Positions 13,284 through 26,694 of a stretch of DNA of 64,000 nucleotides are shown piece after piece. The stretch lies in the NCBI RefSeq assembly GCF_004010195.1, contig NC_057721.1:44153761-44217760 (forward strand), read 5' to 3'. Source of the stretch: Chiloscyllium plagiosum. Its lineage: Eukaryota. Below the pieces are notes generated by a model. It was not told the origin of the DNA. It made no database searches and worked only from the letters and a program-made list of their open reading frames with translations. Position 1 is the stretch's first letter; each line of letters starts with the position of its first letter. The position numbers and the translations under genes are program-made.

Positions 13284-15352
13284 AGAGTACTTAGACAGTT
13301 ACAGCACAGTACAGGCTCTTCGGCCCTCGATGTTGTGCCGTCATGTGAAACCAATCCGAAGCTCATCGAACCGACACTATTCCATACTTGTCCATATGCC
13401 TATCCAATGACCACTTAAATGCCCTTTAAGTTAGTGAGTCTACAACAGTTGCAGGCAGTGTGTTCCATGCCTACTACTTACTGAGTAAAGAAACTACCTC
13501 TGACATCTGTCCTATATCTATCACCCCTCAGTTTGAAGCTATGCCTCCTTGTGCCAGCCATCACCATCCTCGGGGGAAAAAGCTCTCACTGTCCACCTGA
13601 TCTAACCCTCTGATTATCTTATACGTCTCAATTAAGTCACCTCTCAACCTTCTCTCTAACGAAAACAGAGTCAAGTCCCTCTACCTTTCCTCATAAGACT
13701 TTCCCTCCGTACCAGGCAACATCCTGGTGAATCTCCTCTGCACCCTTTCCAAAGCTTCCACATCCTTCCAATAATACAGTGACTAAAACTGCACACAATA
13801 CTCCCAAGTGCGTCCACACCAGAGTTGTGTACAGCTGCAGCATGACCTCATAGTTCTGAAACTCAATCCCTCTACTAATAAAAGCTAACACACCGTATGC
13901 CACTTAACAGCCCTAACAACCTGGGTGGCAACTTTGAGGGATCTATGTGCATGGATACTGAGATCTCTCTGCTCATCTACACTACCAAGAATCTTACCAT
14001 TCACCCAGTACTCTTTATTCCTGTTGCTTCTTCCAAAGTGAATCACCTCTCACTTTTCTGCATTAAAGTCCATTTGACACCTCTCAGCCCAGCTCTGAAG
14101 CTTAACTATCTCCTTCTGTAACCTACAACATCCTTCAGCACTATCCACAACTCTACTGACCTTAGTGTCATCCACAAATTTACTAACCCATCCTTCTACG
14201 CCCTCATCTATGTCATTTATAAAAATGACAAACAGCAGTGGATCCCAAACAGATCCTTGCAGTACACTCTAGTAACTGATCTCCTTGATGAACATTTCCC
14301 ATCCACCACCACCCTCTGTCTTCTATCAGATAGCCAATTTCTGATCCAAATCACTAAATTGCCCTCAATCTCATGCCTCTGTATTTTGTGCAGTAATCTA
14401 CCATGGGGAACCTTATTAAATGCCTTACTGAAATTCATATACACCACATCAACAGCTTTACCCTCATCTAACTGTTTGGTCACTTTCTCAAAGAACTCAA
14501 TAAGGTATATGAGGCACGACCTACCCTTCACAAAACTGTGCTGACTGTCCCTAATTAACTTATTCCTTTCTAGATGATGAGAAATCCTATCTCTTATAAC
14601 CTTTACCAACACTTTATCCGCAACCGAAGTGAGGCTCACTGGTCTATAAATACCAGGGTTGTCTCTACTCCCCTTCTTGAACAAGGGAACAACATTTCCT
14701 ATCCTCCAGTCTTCTGGCACTATTCCTGTAGACAATGACAACATAAAGATCAAAGCCAAAGCCTCGGCAGTCTTCTCCCTGGCTTCCCAGAGAATCCTTG
14801 GATAAATCCCATCCGGCCGAAGGGATTTATCTGTTTTCACACTTCCTAGAAATTCTAAGACCTCCACCTTGTGAACCACAATCCCACCTCCTCACGTCAC
14901 CTGTATCTCAGTATTCTCCTTAACAACGTTGTCTTTTTCCAGTATGAATACTGACGAAAAATAGTCATTTAGCGCTTCACCTATCTCCTCTGATTCCACA
15001 CACAATTTCCCACTACTGTCCTTGATTGGCCCTAATCTTACTCTAGTCATTCTTTTATCCATTATATACCTAAGAAAGCTTTAGGGTTTTCCCTGATCCT
15101 ATCCACCAATAACTTCTCATGTCTTCTCCTCATTCATCTTAGCGCTCTCTTTTGGTCTTTCCTGGCCACCTTGTAACTCTCAATTGCCCTAACTGAATCT
15201 TCACATCTCATCCTAACATAAGCCTTCTTCTTTCTCTTGACAAGAGATTCAACTTTCTTAGTAAACCACGGCTCCTGCACTCGACAACTTCCTCCCTGTC
15301 TGACAGATATATATTTATCAAGGACACACAGTAGCTGTTCCTTGAATAAACT
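13284..15352 (-). mobile_element. CR1 LINE (~2.07 kb) nested in an older CR1 3' fragment (~13010-13283 plus ~15353-15380)
   Basis: ORF 14217-14879 ([37 protein letters not shown]), plus 13691-13903 and 15134-15457. The flanks join as ccactgaaatcag|tttctcttcattcactctatcaaac. Confidence 0.88.
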
Positions 15353-15874
15353 CAGTTTCTCTTCATTCACTCTATCAAACTGCCAGAAGTGTTTGAATGT
15401 TTCTGTCAAGTGTCCCTTCGATAAGTTCAGCAAAATAACCTCAGAATTCTTTCTCACCTCTCCACTTTATGATAAGTATTTTATCCCTGCTACAAAGCTA
15501 ATAGTCAGAGGGCAGTTAAGAGATAACCACAATGCTGTGGGAGTAGAGTTACAAATAGGTTAGACTGACTGAAGAAGTCAGAATTGCTCCCCTAATCAGC
15601 AGTGTTAGCAGACTGCACAAGGTAATTCAAAACCAAAAGTTATACATTTGCCAGCAGGGATCACACAATAGTTTTGGGAATAGAATCCCTTTCTGGCCAC
15701 TCCCATTCTAGTCAAATATTGCTGAGGGAATCAATGGCTGTTTCCATCTATTTGTGTACAGTATAATAACATATAATACCGTCATCTAATTCATTGATCT
15801 ATTGGGGATGGCCAGAAGATCAAGAATTTTAATACATTATGCTACAGTGTACAAATGTCCTGCTCAAAGTCTCA

Positions 15875-16055
15875 TTACCTGTTTTAGATGTAGGTTTGCT
15901 CGCTGAGCTGGAAGGTTCATTTCCAGATGTTTCGTCACCCTAATATGTAACATCTTCAGTGGGCCTCAGGCGAAGCAATGCTGAAAATTCCTGCTTTCTA
16001 TTCATATGTTTGGGTTTCTTTGGGTTGGTGATGTCATTTCCTGTGGTGATGTTAT
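15875..16055 (-). mobile_element. PLE pLTR fragment (a separate family) with a hammerhead core
   Basis: Reverse complement: cca-CTGAAGA-T-GTTAC-atattagg-GTGAC-GAAA-C-ATC-tgg (core ~15923-15962). Confidence 0.65.
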
Positions 16056-16359
16056 CAAAACTCACTCTCATTACTTGTATCCCATGTGGATTCGAACACT
16101 AGTCAAAATAATGAAAGGCAGGAAGGATCCTAATTTATTATGGCAACTGTGTCCTGTAGAGTATTAGATTTGTAATTTGCTTTTCCATGTTTTTATTTCA
16201 TGTCATACTGAGGATAAGTTTGATATGTATGGATGATATTGGTTGTGTTAAGATACCTTTAAGACAAATAAGATTGTGGAAGTATTGCATTGTTGTAGAC
16301 TGAATATGATTTTCTATTGTACAACCTGAAAAGCATACTGAAAACATATGTTCTTACAG

Positions 16360-16767
16360 TAATTCCAGACACGCTCAGTGCAACAATGGCACCCCAGACC
16401 CTGGATAAAGTTGAAGGTGACTCCCTGGAACTGGTCTGTGAAGTATCCAAAGAAACATCACAGCACACGCATGTGGCTGTCACATGGTACATACAGAAGG
16501 GAGATCAGAATCTCACAGTTATCTCTCTAACAAAAGATTTCATCCTACGTTCCGGAGATTCATATAAACAGAGACAGGCATCAGGAGATGTGCGACTAGA
16601 TAAGATTGGTGTGACTTCATTCAAACTCACCATCTCTAAACTACAGATGTCAGATCAGGGCGATTACTTTTGTGAAGGTGCAGAGTGGATTCAAGACTTA
16701 AATAAATCCTGGTATGGCCTGTCTAGTAAAAATACTGAAGGTACCACAGTGAATGTTAAGAGCATAG
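16360..16767 (+). CDS. CD101: CD101-like exon encoding Ig-V domain 2 (contains the EWI motif)
   Basis: ttcttacAG acceptor, G|GTAAGA donor; 408 nt, phase 1-1. Starts VIPDTLSATM as in recalled CD101 (IGSF3 has VIPDSLQTT). QHTH motif and DQGDYFCEGAEWIQD, with EWI at 16683-16691. Confidence 0.92.
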
Positions 16768-18043
16768 GTAAGACTCGTAACTACAGAAAATTATCTCCTT
16801 TCACAGCTACAGTTTCATAATCTGAATGCTTCAACTATTGTAGTAAGAAAATCACATGCAATATCCCGCTGAACTTCCTCTACAAACTTTTGCAATGTGT
16901 ATTGAAGTTGCGAAAGGCTTGAAATTGCATGTTCACTGTCTACTTTATGTGCATTAACACAAGATTTATTACTAGAAAGGCAAGATAGACACAAAGGAAA
17001 ATGTTGCACAATTGGATGTTAGCTTGAACTGAAGTCAAGTCATGTAAGAACAGACTCCTGTTGTAATTCTATGGCCAGCTCTCAACAATGTGATGGAGGC
17101 AGATTTCTGGTTTTGCAAGTGCCTGAGAGGATGCTTTGGCCCACAGCAGTCCGAGAAATTAGCTGCTGCTGCAGGGCTGCAGTTTTCACTAGCTTATCAA
17201 GGTTATAAGTTGCTACAGAGATTCTGAATACCTGGAGGAAATGTAACAGCACAGAAGAAACCCAGAGTTTTAGATGGAGCTTGATGCAGCTGTTGTTCTG
17301 TCTGAGGGGCAATGATACTAAACGATCACAAGAGTATTTAGAGTGTGAGATAGTATAGAAAAGGAGCATATGTTTTCACTGAGGTATCACACAAAGGTCC
17401 AGCTCAATTTGATACCTACAATCTGGAAAGACATTCAGAATATAAATTCAAATTTTAGTTTGTGTACATGCATCTGGGGCAGACAGAATGAAAATTGTTC
17501 ATGAATTATTCAACTGGTTCCTGGTGGACTCAATCAATTCCCAATGTTATTCTCCAGCAGATACCTAAAAAAATATATCTATTCAATTCTGGTTTTGTTG
17601 ATTCATATAGCATGTCAATGTATCACATGAATATTTCTTATCATTTGTATAGAAAATTAAGCAAAGTATGGTTCATACTGCTATGGAGAAAGGATTGAGA
17701 TTTAACATTTAAATTCTTCTGAGGAAGCAGAGTAACAATTATAATCTTTACCAAGTTAACTCAACTCAAAATTTGAGAGAAACTATTCTGTCTTCAGCTA
17801 CCTCAAAGCAAGTAGGCATTATTTAATTGCTAGCCACATTCTCTCATCCGTGATGGAGATAGAAATCCACTGGAAATGCAGGAGTTATTTAAATCAAAAA
17901 ATCAAGGATTAGCATTGTTTCAGGGTAATTCTTCTAAGTTAATTTGTAGTGGGATTCCATCCAATCGAAAAAATACACTTGTCAAGTTGCTTCTGCTGAA
18001 CCGGAGAAAGGAGAAAATAGTTCAAATGCAAGTATCTTATTTG

Positions 18044-18362
18044 CTTAGATTCCCTGCAAAATGGAAGTAGACCAATTAACCCAACAAGTCCACATTGACC
18101 CTCCAAAGAGTAATTCACCCAGACTCATTCCCCTACATTTACACCTGACTAATGCACCTAACACCATGGGCAATTTAGCATGGCCAATTCACCTTACCTG
18201 CACATTTTTGGATTGTGAGGAGAAACTGGAGCACCCAGAGAAACCTGCACAGACACTGGGAGAATGTGCAAACTCCACAGAGACAGTCACCTGAGGTGGG
18301 AATCGAACCCAGGTCCCTGGCACTGTGCGGCAGCAGTGCTGACCACTGAGCCACCATGCTGT
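18044..18362 (-). mobile_element. HE1-like V-SINE, full length
   Basis: A/B boxes (gtggctcagtggtcag, gggttcgattccc), V-domain and CR1-like tail. Confidence 0.88.
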
Positions 18363-19499
18363 TCTTGTTGGACTGTTTATGTATGTACATTTATACATGT
18401 GAATATATACATGTGGTGGATTGCCCTCTTTGAGTTGAGAGACAATGTAAATATTTTTATAAGCCAGGCAAATTTGGAACAAATTATTTCTCATCTGGTT
18501 TTGTTCAAAGTCTGTGATCTGTTTGAAGACATCAGTGGGCGAGAAAAGCAAAACACCTGAGGATGCGAGTAAAACGTGATGCATTTGTTAGAAAAACAAC
18601 ATGAATCAGAACAATCAAACATGTTGTAAGGTTTGATATTGAGGATGAGGACAGCGATTACTTTGGAGTGATTCATTACTGCTATTCAACAAATCTGTGT
18701 TCAGTCTATTAATCAGGCTGGTCGAGGAGTGGTCATTCTGCTGTATCACTAGGTTAAAAAATTTTACCAGAAGCTTGAGACATAACAATGGAGCTAAAAT
18801 ATAGTATTGAGGATTTTCTGTCCAGTTCTTGGTTGGCTACGAGACACCTTAACTGATGATCAAGTAAAAACACATTTTGGTTGAAACTAAACCTGCAAAA
18901 ACTTTGAATAAACATTCAACGATATAACAGAGCTTGCAAATGAGAATCTCATTGACAATATATCACAGATATGAAGGCAAAGACTAAGGAAGTTAGCTAA
19001 TGTTGATTAATCTTCCATTAATTCAGTGTATTCTCAATCTCGGATAGTTGCAATTCTATCCTCTTTCCAGTATATTAAAAGCTTCAGTCTGACCATGATT
19101 GTCCATTATGTCACAATACCAAAATTGGACCCCTCAATTATTTAAAAATCATGCTTTCATTCTGAGCATTAAGAATTGATATATTCACTGGTAATCTGCC
19201 AGTATTCTATAGTTGATGGCTTGGGTAAAGGAATCCATCATCCACCCATCTGCAGCCTTGCATATTGGTTTATAATGGTAGTGTCCTTCATAGAGTGGGT
19301 AGCAATTTCAGAAACACTTGCAATAGAGACAGGAATGTTTGTCCCATGGATGTTTAGACTACAATTAGAAAATTATAACATTATTAGGTTCAATTAATTA
19401 TCTCATTGAGATTTGATAGGCATTAAAATCCACTACAGGCATCCTAGTGACTGGGCTCCTCTGATTCTTTAGTCCCAGTTGGCTACTATTCTAACTTAT

Positions 19500-20025
19500 T
19501 TTTATTCATTCACAAGATGCAGCTGTCACTGGCTCAGCTTGCATTCATTGACCTTGAGAAGACAATAGTGAGCAGTCTTTTTGAACAGTCACAGTCCGTG
19601 TGGTGTAAGTACACTCAGTGCTGTGAGTGAGGGACGTTAACAGTAAAAGAATGCTGATGTAGTTCTAAGTCAGGATGATGAGTGGTTTGAAGGAGAACTG
19701 CAGATGGTGATATTCCCATCTATCTGCTGCTGCCCATGTCCTACATGTGATAAATGTGAGTTGGAGCTGGCTAACGGCCCTTTGAGTTGTTGCAGTACAT
19801 CTCCTAGATGGTACTGTTCCCACTGTGCTTCAGTCAGGAAGGAGTGAATGTTGACGGTGACGGTTGGGCTGCCAATTAAGTGAGCTGCTTTGTCCTGGAT
19901 GATGTCAAGCTTCTTAAATGTTGTAGGAGCTGCACTCATCCAGGCAAGTGGAGAGTATTCCATCCTGACTTGTGTCTTGTAGATGGTGGATAGGCTTTGA
20001 GGAGTCAGAAGATGGGTTACTCATG
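19500..20025 (-). mobile_element. L2/CR1-superclade LINE 3' fragment
   Basis: ORF 19670-19963 MEYSPLAWMSAAPTTFKKLDIIQDKAAHLIG is a LINE ORF2 C-terminus; tgaatgaataaa-type tail. Same family as 30600-32240. Confidence 0.7.
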
Positions 20026-21314
20026 CACCCAATTTGTTTTCAGATTAAACCAGTTGGTAACTTTTAGGTATGGTTACATGCACTGGCAGCTGGATCAAAG
20101 ATTATCTGGTATTTGCAATAAAACACAGTAAGGTGAAAGAGCTGAGCACATTTGGATTTTGCAGTCCAATTGAACAAAATCAGATTTTAGTCTTTGTTCA
20201 AATTCAGCATAAGTAAACATTCATGTGTGTGCAGGTAAATTGTTTGTGGGGAAAAATTGCAGATACCACAGCCAGTTATTTTGGAGCCTCCCTTTTGATG
20301 CCTTTGCATTGCATTTATACATACATAAACAAAACAAATGCATAGATATAATATGTATGTTAATTAAATTCCAAACTTTCCTCTTTTACTCTGCTCTCAG
20401 CTGTACTGTTCTTTTCGATGACAACCATTGAATGGTTTGCTAGGAGTCTGACTAAGTGGCAGTGACAGGAGACATAAGAAACAATAATGTACAAGACAGG
20501 TTAATTATAGCAAAAACAGTCTGAGATGTACAAACTGAAGGGCTTTTGTTGAAGTTTGAATCACTGACCTTTTGATGAACGGCAATATTATGTTAATGCA
20601 CAGAGTGAATCACTGCTCTTAACCTTCATGAGGCTTCAATTGCTGATGTGATCAGTTTCAGCTTCAATGGCACTTTTCAGTTTACACCAAAGAGAGCATT
20701 TTACAATTTAAAAGTAACCTTTATGGTGCAGGGTGCACCACTTAAAGGCAGATGTAATAAGTACCTTTGTTGACTCATTTTGGATGACTGCCAGTAGTGA
20801 GCTGGTGACAGTCTCTGAATTTTGATAAGGAGGCATTACAGAACTTGAATTTTATATTCAATTGCTTCCATCTCATTTTGATCCCTTAATCTCTGTGCAC
20901 ATTCCATTACCCCTCTCCAGTTATGAAGGTATGTTGCTCTATGCCCTCAGGATTCTTAAGCAAAATAGGAAAGATAAATTAGATCCATTTATGTTAAGTA
21001 ACAGTTTGAAGAACATTGAGAAATTTAGCAGATCTTGTTTTTAAAAAGAAGGAAGTAATTATGCTGCAAGTATCTCCCTAGACCATCAAGAAACCAATGC
21101 AACCTATGGAAGTTTTTTCTGGCAATCTCTCCATTAAAGCAGATTCAGTACAAGGCCAGTCATACTTCCTCTAATCTTTTTGCATAACTTTATTTCTTGG
21201 GTCTACATTAAAGTCAGAATTGAAATGGAGGTCTTTTATCCAACTAAAATTTGACAAATTTGCTCACTTTGGTTTTTACTGGCACAGTAATGATATTCAT
21301 TTTATTTCACACAG

Positions 21315-21695
21315 GTAACCAGTTTCTTGCTCTGATTAATGTTGACTTCAGTGGCTTTAATGTAGGAGGCTCACTGGAAATATTCTGCACAGTTGAAGCT
21401 CAGAATTTCCCAGAACGTTTCTTCTCTGTTGCCTGGTTCTTAAACAACAGAGAGATAATCCGGATTGGACCAAATGCAGTACCATCTTTTCATGGGGACT
21501 ATAACATGAGAGAGAGCCTGGGAACGGTGGTGGTCCATAAGAAAAGCGAGAGGGTTTATGTTCTGAAAATGTATCAGATTCAAGTAGAAGATGGTGGCTC
21601 TTATTACTGTCAGGCGGAGGAAAGTGAGAAAATTTCATCTGCAGCATTCTCGACTAATAAATCAAAGGAGATCACCATCACTGTTCAACGACCTC
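21315..21695 (+). CDS. CD101: CD101-like exon encoding Ig-V domain 3
   Basis: ttcacacAG acceptor, C|GTAAGA donor; 381 nt, phase 1-1. Ig-V pattern C..FSVAW..DGGSYYC. Confidence 0.88.
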
Positions 21696-21779
21696 GTAAG
21701 AAACCTGCAAATAAATTTTATTGTTTCTGCTAGTGATTAAGGTATTAGGAGCTGTATTATGTCATGGTTCCTTGTCTAA

Positions 21780-22150
21780 TTAAGAATATCCTTGCCATAG
21801 AGAAAATGGGAACAAAGATTCACCAGCTTGACCCCTGGCAAAGTTCTATGAGAAGAGAGTAAAGAGACTGTGTCTATATTCTCTGGAATTTAGGAGAATG
21901 AGAGGTGATTTCATTGATGCAAACAAAACTTTTACAAAGATTGGTAAAATGCTGCAGGAAGGATGTTTCCCTTGGTTGGGGAGTCTAGCACTGGATATCA
22001 AAGTCTTAAAGCAAGAGACAGGCTACTTAGGATTGAGATGAGGAGGAAACTTTAGAATTCTCTACACCAGAGGCCTGTGGATGTTCAGTCTTTCAAGGCA
22101 GAGATTTATAGATTTATAGATACCGGTAATAAAGATATCAGGGATGTGGG
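21780..22150 (+). mobile_element. old CR1 3' fragment
   Basis: ggaatttaggagaatgagaggtgatttcattga..ggattgagatgaggagg (decayed RRMRGDLIE region). Confidence 0.6.
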
Positions 22151-23030
22151 GATAGCACTGACACAGCCTGCAATTCAACTAGATAACGGTTGGTCTTTTA
22201 TCTCAACACTGTTTTCCAGTACTATCCCCAATATCTTTAATATCTATAAATCTGTAAATTTCCATGAAATTTAGAAATCCCAGATACAATGAGATACACA
22301 ATGAGATCATCTCAGGCATAGAAAGGAAGCAGGCTCAAAAATGAATGCTCTCAAAGCTATTTTTTTCTTGTAGCGAAGATGCAAGTATACTCCATTTTAA
22401 TAGGTATAACAATTTATACTACAAGAGAAATAGGGCTGCTAACTGAAATTGAAAAAAGGCAAGTTGACTCTGGTTACGATGTTGCTATAGGGAATGTAGC
22501 AGGGTGGTGTTGCTCCCCCAAGATTTTGATTGCTAGAAAAGGTGCTGTATGTAGATGTATCATTTTGCTTGCAGAGACAGCCCCCCTGCATATGAATATG
22601 TGTCGCTCGTAGCAAGTGGAAGTGAACCACATTGTGAACTTGATGAATGATCTTTACGTAATTCTTCATATAATTGTTCACATAATTCTTGTCATAGCAT
22701 TTTATGGAGAACATTCTAGACTATGTCTATCTGTCTCTCTGTTTTATTAAGATGATTATTGAAACCTACTTCTTTGATCAAACCTTTTAGATACCTTTTC
22801 CCGATTTCTCATCATTCAAGAAAAGTCTTGAAAATTCTTAAGTGCTGTGTATAGTTTTACTCTGTAAAGTGTGCTACACAAATGTAAGCGATTATCATCT
22901 GCTGATGTTCACAAACCTCTTAGTCTTCACTGTGTGTCAGCTAGCATCTTTGATTAAACCCAGAACTTACACTTTTCCAATGTAGCCTCCTTATATTTCT
23001 CACATTATACCTATTCTTGTCATTTTACAG

Positions 23031-23435
23031 AAGCCAACCTTAAAGTCATAATCGACAGTAGTATGACTGAGGTTTTGGAAGGTGATTCCATTCAGTTTAC
23101 CTGTGATATTCATTCAGCAAGTGCAGCTTATGGGCAGCTCTCTATTACTTGGCAAATGACAAACGACCAGAACCAAAACCGTGATGTCATTGGAATGAAC
23201 CAAGCTGGTATTCAGGTTACTTACCAACCTTATCAGGAGCGAGTGATCAGCAATGACATCAGAATGGCACGAGTGAAATCAAATTCCTTCACATTGGACA
23301 TTTATAATGCCCAGACTTCAGATCAAGGACAGTATGCTTGCAAAGTGATGGAATGGGAAACAGAATCTAATGGAAACTGGCGCCTTATTGGAGAATATGT
23401 CAGTGACAAAAAGGCAGTAACTATCAAATCCCTTG
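23031..23435 (+). CDS. CD101: CD101-like exon encoding Ig-V domain 4
   Basis: cattttacAG acceptor, G|GTAAGC donor; 405 nt, phase 1-1. VLEGDSIQFTC..ITW..DQGQYACKVMEW. Confidence 0.88.
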
Positions 23436-24546
23436 GTAAGCAATTCAGTGTTGAATATTGTGGTATTTCACTTAAACAATTGCACGATTCACAATTAGAC
23501 AAAAGGGATACTTTTTAATAGGATGACCTTTATTCTATCATACATAATCAAGGCACAGCATTCTGCAGTCAATAAAAGAATTTCCATTGCCTTCATGGTT
23601 ATGGTCAGCATAGTCATGATGGGCCAAAGGGCATGTTCCTGTGCTGTATTGTTCTACACTCTATGTTCACTGATTAAGCTGATGGCAAAATGCAATGTAA
23701 TAAAATGCATTGTGTATGGAAAAAAGAATCTTCCTATTTATAAATTTTGAAGTAAGCTCCATTCAGTGTCTCCTTGCATCATTCCACATTGAATAAATGA
23801 GTGAGTAACTTTTGATTAATTGCTAAAGAGGTGGGTGAGAATATTTGAGAGATGAGGGGCGAATATTTCTCTTACATACCTGACATCTTTGAAATAATTG
23901 CCCATAATCCAGGGTTGGCCTCTTCTACTCTGTCTCACTTCTGTGCAGCTCAGACAGGAAAGGTATCGGGAGTATCTTGTTGGCCCATGATGCTGAATAC
24001 TGAACCCACAAATGATTGAGCCACCACATTGTTTCATGTAGGAAATGTGTTTGAATTGAATGGATGGCAACAAAGGTGTTAAAAATTGGAAGCAATTGAA
24101 TAGAAAATGATGGAAGTGCATTAAGATCAGAGAATCTGTAAAAACACAAATGAATTTTGAAAATAAGGGGCTACCCATTAAAATGAAGAGTTGGAGATAT
24201 TTTTTATCCCTCAGTGGATTGTAAGCCTGTGGAATTCTTTTCACTGGAAGTGGTGGATAATTTTAAGACAGAGTTAGATGGATTCCTGGCTACCAAGGGG
24301 ATCAAAGTTCATAGTGAGCAGACAGGAATGTTCAGTTGAGTCCATGATTGCAGCCTTGATGTGTTCAAATGACAGAGCAGCTTCAAGCGGCCTACTGGCT
24401 CAGTGATACTCTTATAGTGTGACACCCCCTTGCATGTTTGTATTTTAACTCCGAGCAAGTTCCTCACATAAACTATTTCAGTGAGTTTGTTTCCATACTT
24501 GTAGTCAGCCACAGCAATTTAACCACCAGGTCTGGTGTTAATGCTG

Positions 24547-24665
24547 AAGGGCTTTTGCCCGAAACGTCGATTTCGAAGCTCCTCGGATGCTGCCTGAACT
24601 GCTGTGCTCTTCCAGCACCACTAATCCAGAATCTGGTTTCCAGCATCTGCAGTCATTGTTTTTAC
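24547..24665 (+). mobile_element. PLE pLTR 3' fragment (variant family), 5'-truncated inside the hammerhead core
   Basis: aagggcttttgcccgaaacgtcg..ccagcatctgcagtc; exact 15-bp TSD ctggtgttaatgctg (24532-46, 24666-80). Confidence 0.8.
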
Positions 24666-25150
24666 CTGGTGTTAATGCTGCTAGTTGTCCTATTGACCTG
24701 ATAAAGATATAAAGAGGCACCGAACAGCTACTGCATAAAAAGATTCTGCAATTAACAGGTAACTGGCAGGACGGGTGTTCAGCCTGATCTACCTGTGCTT
24801 TTTGTGGTTCTGCAAAGGAAAGTTTTAGAATTATCTAAAGAGCCGCTCCCACTTTCAGATAAGGTGTCTATTGGAATCTGCCTATCGCGAAAACCATGGT
24901 TTCACTGTTCAAAAAGTCATTGAATCAAACAAAAGAGCATTGTCCTGGTCCAGTGAACCCAGACCTGTGCTGTTTTTAAAATATTGAAAAAGGAAATTGA
25001 TACCACAATATTGCAAACAATTTTTTACCCCCTATGGGAACACTATGATTTGATTTAATTCAACTGATACAGTTTGGGATTCAATGGTCTGTACTAGAAA
25101 GTCTCAGAGAGCTGCTGACAGTCTTTGATTTTTCTCTTTTGTGTTTGTAG

Positions 25151-25552
25151 AAAGTAACTTTCAGGTTACTGCAATCACCCGGACTCCAACCGTGAAGTAC
25201 TATGGTACCTTTGAACTCCAGTGTTTCATTAGGCCGGTAGATATCACCCATGTGCCAGCATCTGTAACCTGGAAATTCCAACCAGCCAATTCTAATGACA
25301 GCTACAACCTTGTTACTTTCACCCATGATACTGCGATTAAGTGGGGGAACGTGGCAGAGAACTTCAAAGGAAAAATGATTGTGGTGAAATCTGTGTCCAA
25401 TGCTGTCCGGTTGAGTGTCTCAAGGGCCAGCAAATTGGAAGCTGGAAAGTTTCTATGCATCGCAGAATTATGGGGAAGGCGTAATGCAAACAAATGGGTC
25501 CAAAAAGCCAGCAGAACATCAAACATCCTGGAAGTAAAGGTCAGACCCCCAG
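25151..25552 (+). CDS. CD101: CD101-like exon encoding Ig-V domain 5
   Basis: gtgtttgtAG acceptor, G|GTAAAG donor; 402 nt, phase 1-1. FELQC..VPASVTWKFQP..EAGKFLCIAELW..RTSNILEV, very like recalled IGSF3/CD101 domain 5. Confidence 0.88.
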
Positions 25553-25602
25553 GTAAAGTGACAGGCTACTTTTTATATTTACAGCATCAAAGTGGAACTG
25601 GG

Positions 25603-25730
25603 GGTTCTGAGGAAGGGTCATTGGAACCAAAACATTAACTCTCATTTCTCTCCATAGATGCTGCCAGACTTGCTAAGCTTTTCCAGTAATTGCTATTTTG
25701 GTTGCTGATTTCCAACAGCTGTTGTTCTTT
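25603..25730 (+). mobile_element. old PLE pLTR fragment with a decayed hammerhead; same family as 62690-62865
   Basis: ttctgaggaagggtcattggaaccaaaacattaactct..agatgctgccagacttgct. Confidence 0.55.
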
Positions 25731-26537
25731 CAATTTTTATTTAGGTAACTTTACTATCTTTGTAGTCACAAGAGACCACAGTCTAGTCTGTTTTTACTTG
25801 CCTCTTTGCCCCTTTGTTATTTGTTGGAAATTTCTTTGCATCTCTAAGTGGGAAATTCTATGGGCTTCTCTCTCTACAAGCAGCCACTTAATTTACAGCC
25901 CTCTTTTAAAAAAAAATGCATTTTTTTAGAATTACAAGCTCAAACTGTCCATAGTACTTCAGAGTGCTGACCTGTAGTTAGGACAGTGATAAATAGACAT
26001 TAGAAGAACATCAACAAGAAGACTAATTCCACCATTGGTTTCAATGATTGAGCACACAAAACTACATCACAAATATCTGTAACCAACTTATATAAGGAAG
26101 GATACCTTTTCCAAAAAGAGAGTGCAGAAGGGATTCACCACAATGATTCCTGGAATAGCAGGACTAAGCATTGAGGAGAAATTGAGATATTTTAGTTTAG
26201 AGGTAATTTTACTCTTTAACCCAGTGGGCTGTGGAATTTCACATTTTGAGTAAGATCAATAGATTTCTAGATGTTAATGACATCAAAACGGATTGGAGTT
26301 AGGGTGGGAAAATGGCTTTAAGGAAAATGATGGGGCAGGATCTAGAATGACCGAGCAAGCTCAAGGGACTGAATGTCCCATGTCCTTCCTAATTAAATAG
26401 ATTCTTCGAAAATGAGGTTAGTTGTACTTGTCTGAAGTACTATAGTCAAACAAGATACTGTATTATGCCAGTAATACAATGTCAACCTTATGCTAAACTG
26501 CAGTTTTGTTTCTTTAAAAGAAAATCTGTATTTTAAC

Positions 26538-26578
26538 ATATATTGGTTTTCTGTATATATTGGTTTTCTGTATATATT
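26538..26578. repeat. 17-bp tandem repeat (atatattggttttctgt x2.4)
   Basis: Read directly from the sequence. Confidence 0.8.
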
Positions 26579-26694
26579 CTGCTATGAAACATTACATTGA
26601 ACCTGACGACATGAGAAAGGAATTCAGTTCATACTACATTTCAAAATCTGTAATTTATTCCTTGAATTTGCTGTCTTTCTGTACTTTCTGGGAA

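Noticed and set aside
14217-14879. Long CR1 RT ORFs (also 50706-51233) as active or domesticated genes
   Set aside because: They are truncated, frameshifted fragments with no intact ORF2.
18264-18362. tRNA-like A/B-box sequences (also at 28308, 37816, 39980, 49090 and 56050)
   Set aside because: They are SINE heads continuing into SINE bodies, with no complete cloverleaf, so not tRNA genes.
21696-23576. Read-through past the Ig donors to nearby stops, with AATAAA at 21710 and 23571 (soluble isoforms by intronic polyadenylation)
   Set aside because: Short read-through and AATAAA are expected by chance in AT-rich introns, and there is no transcript evidence.
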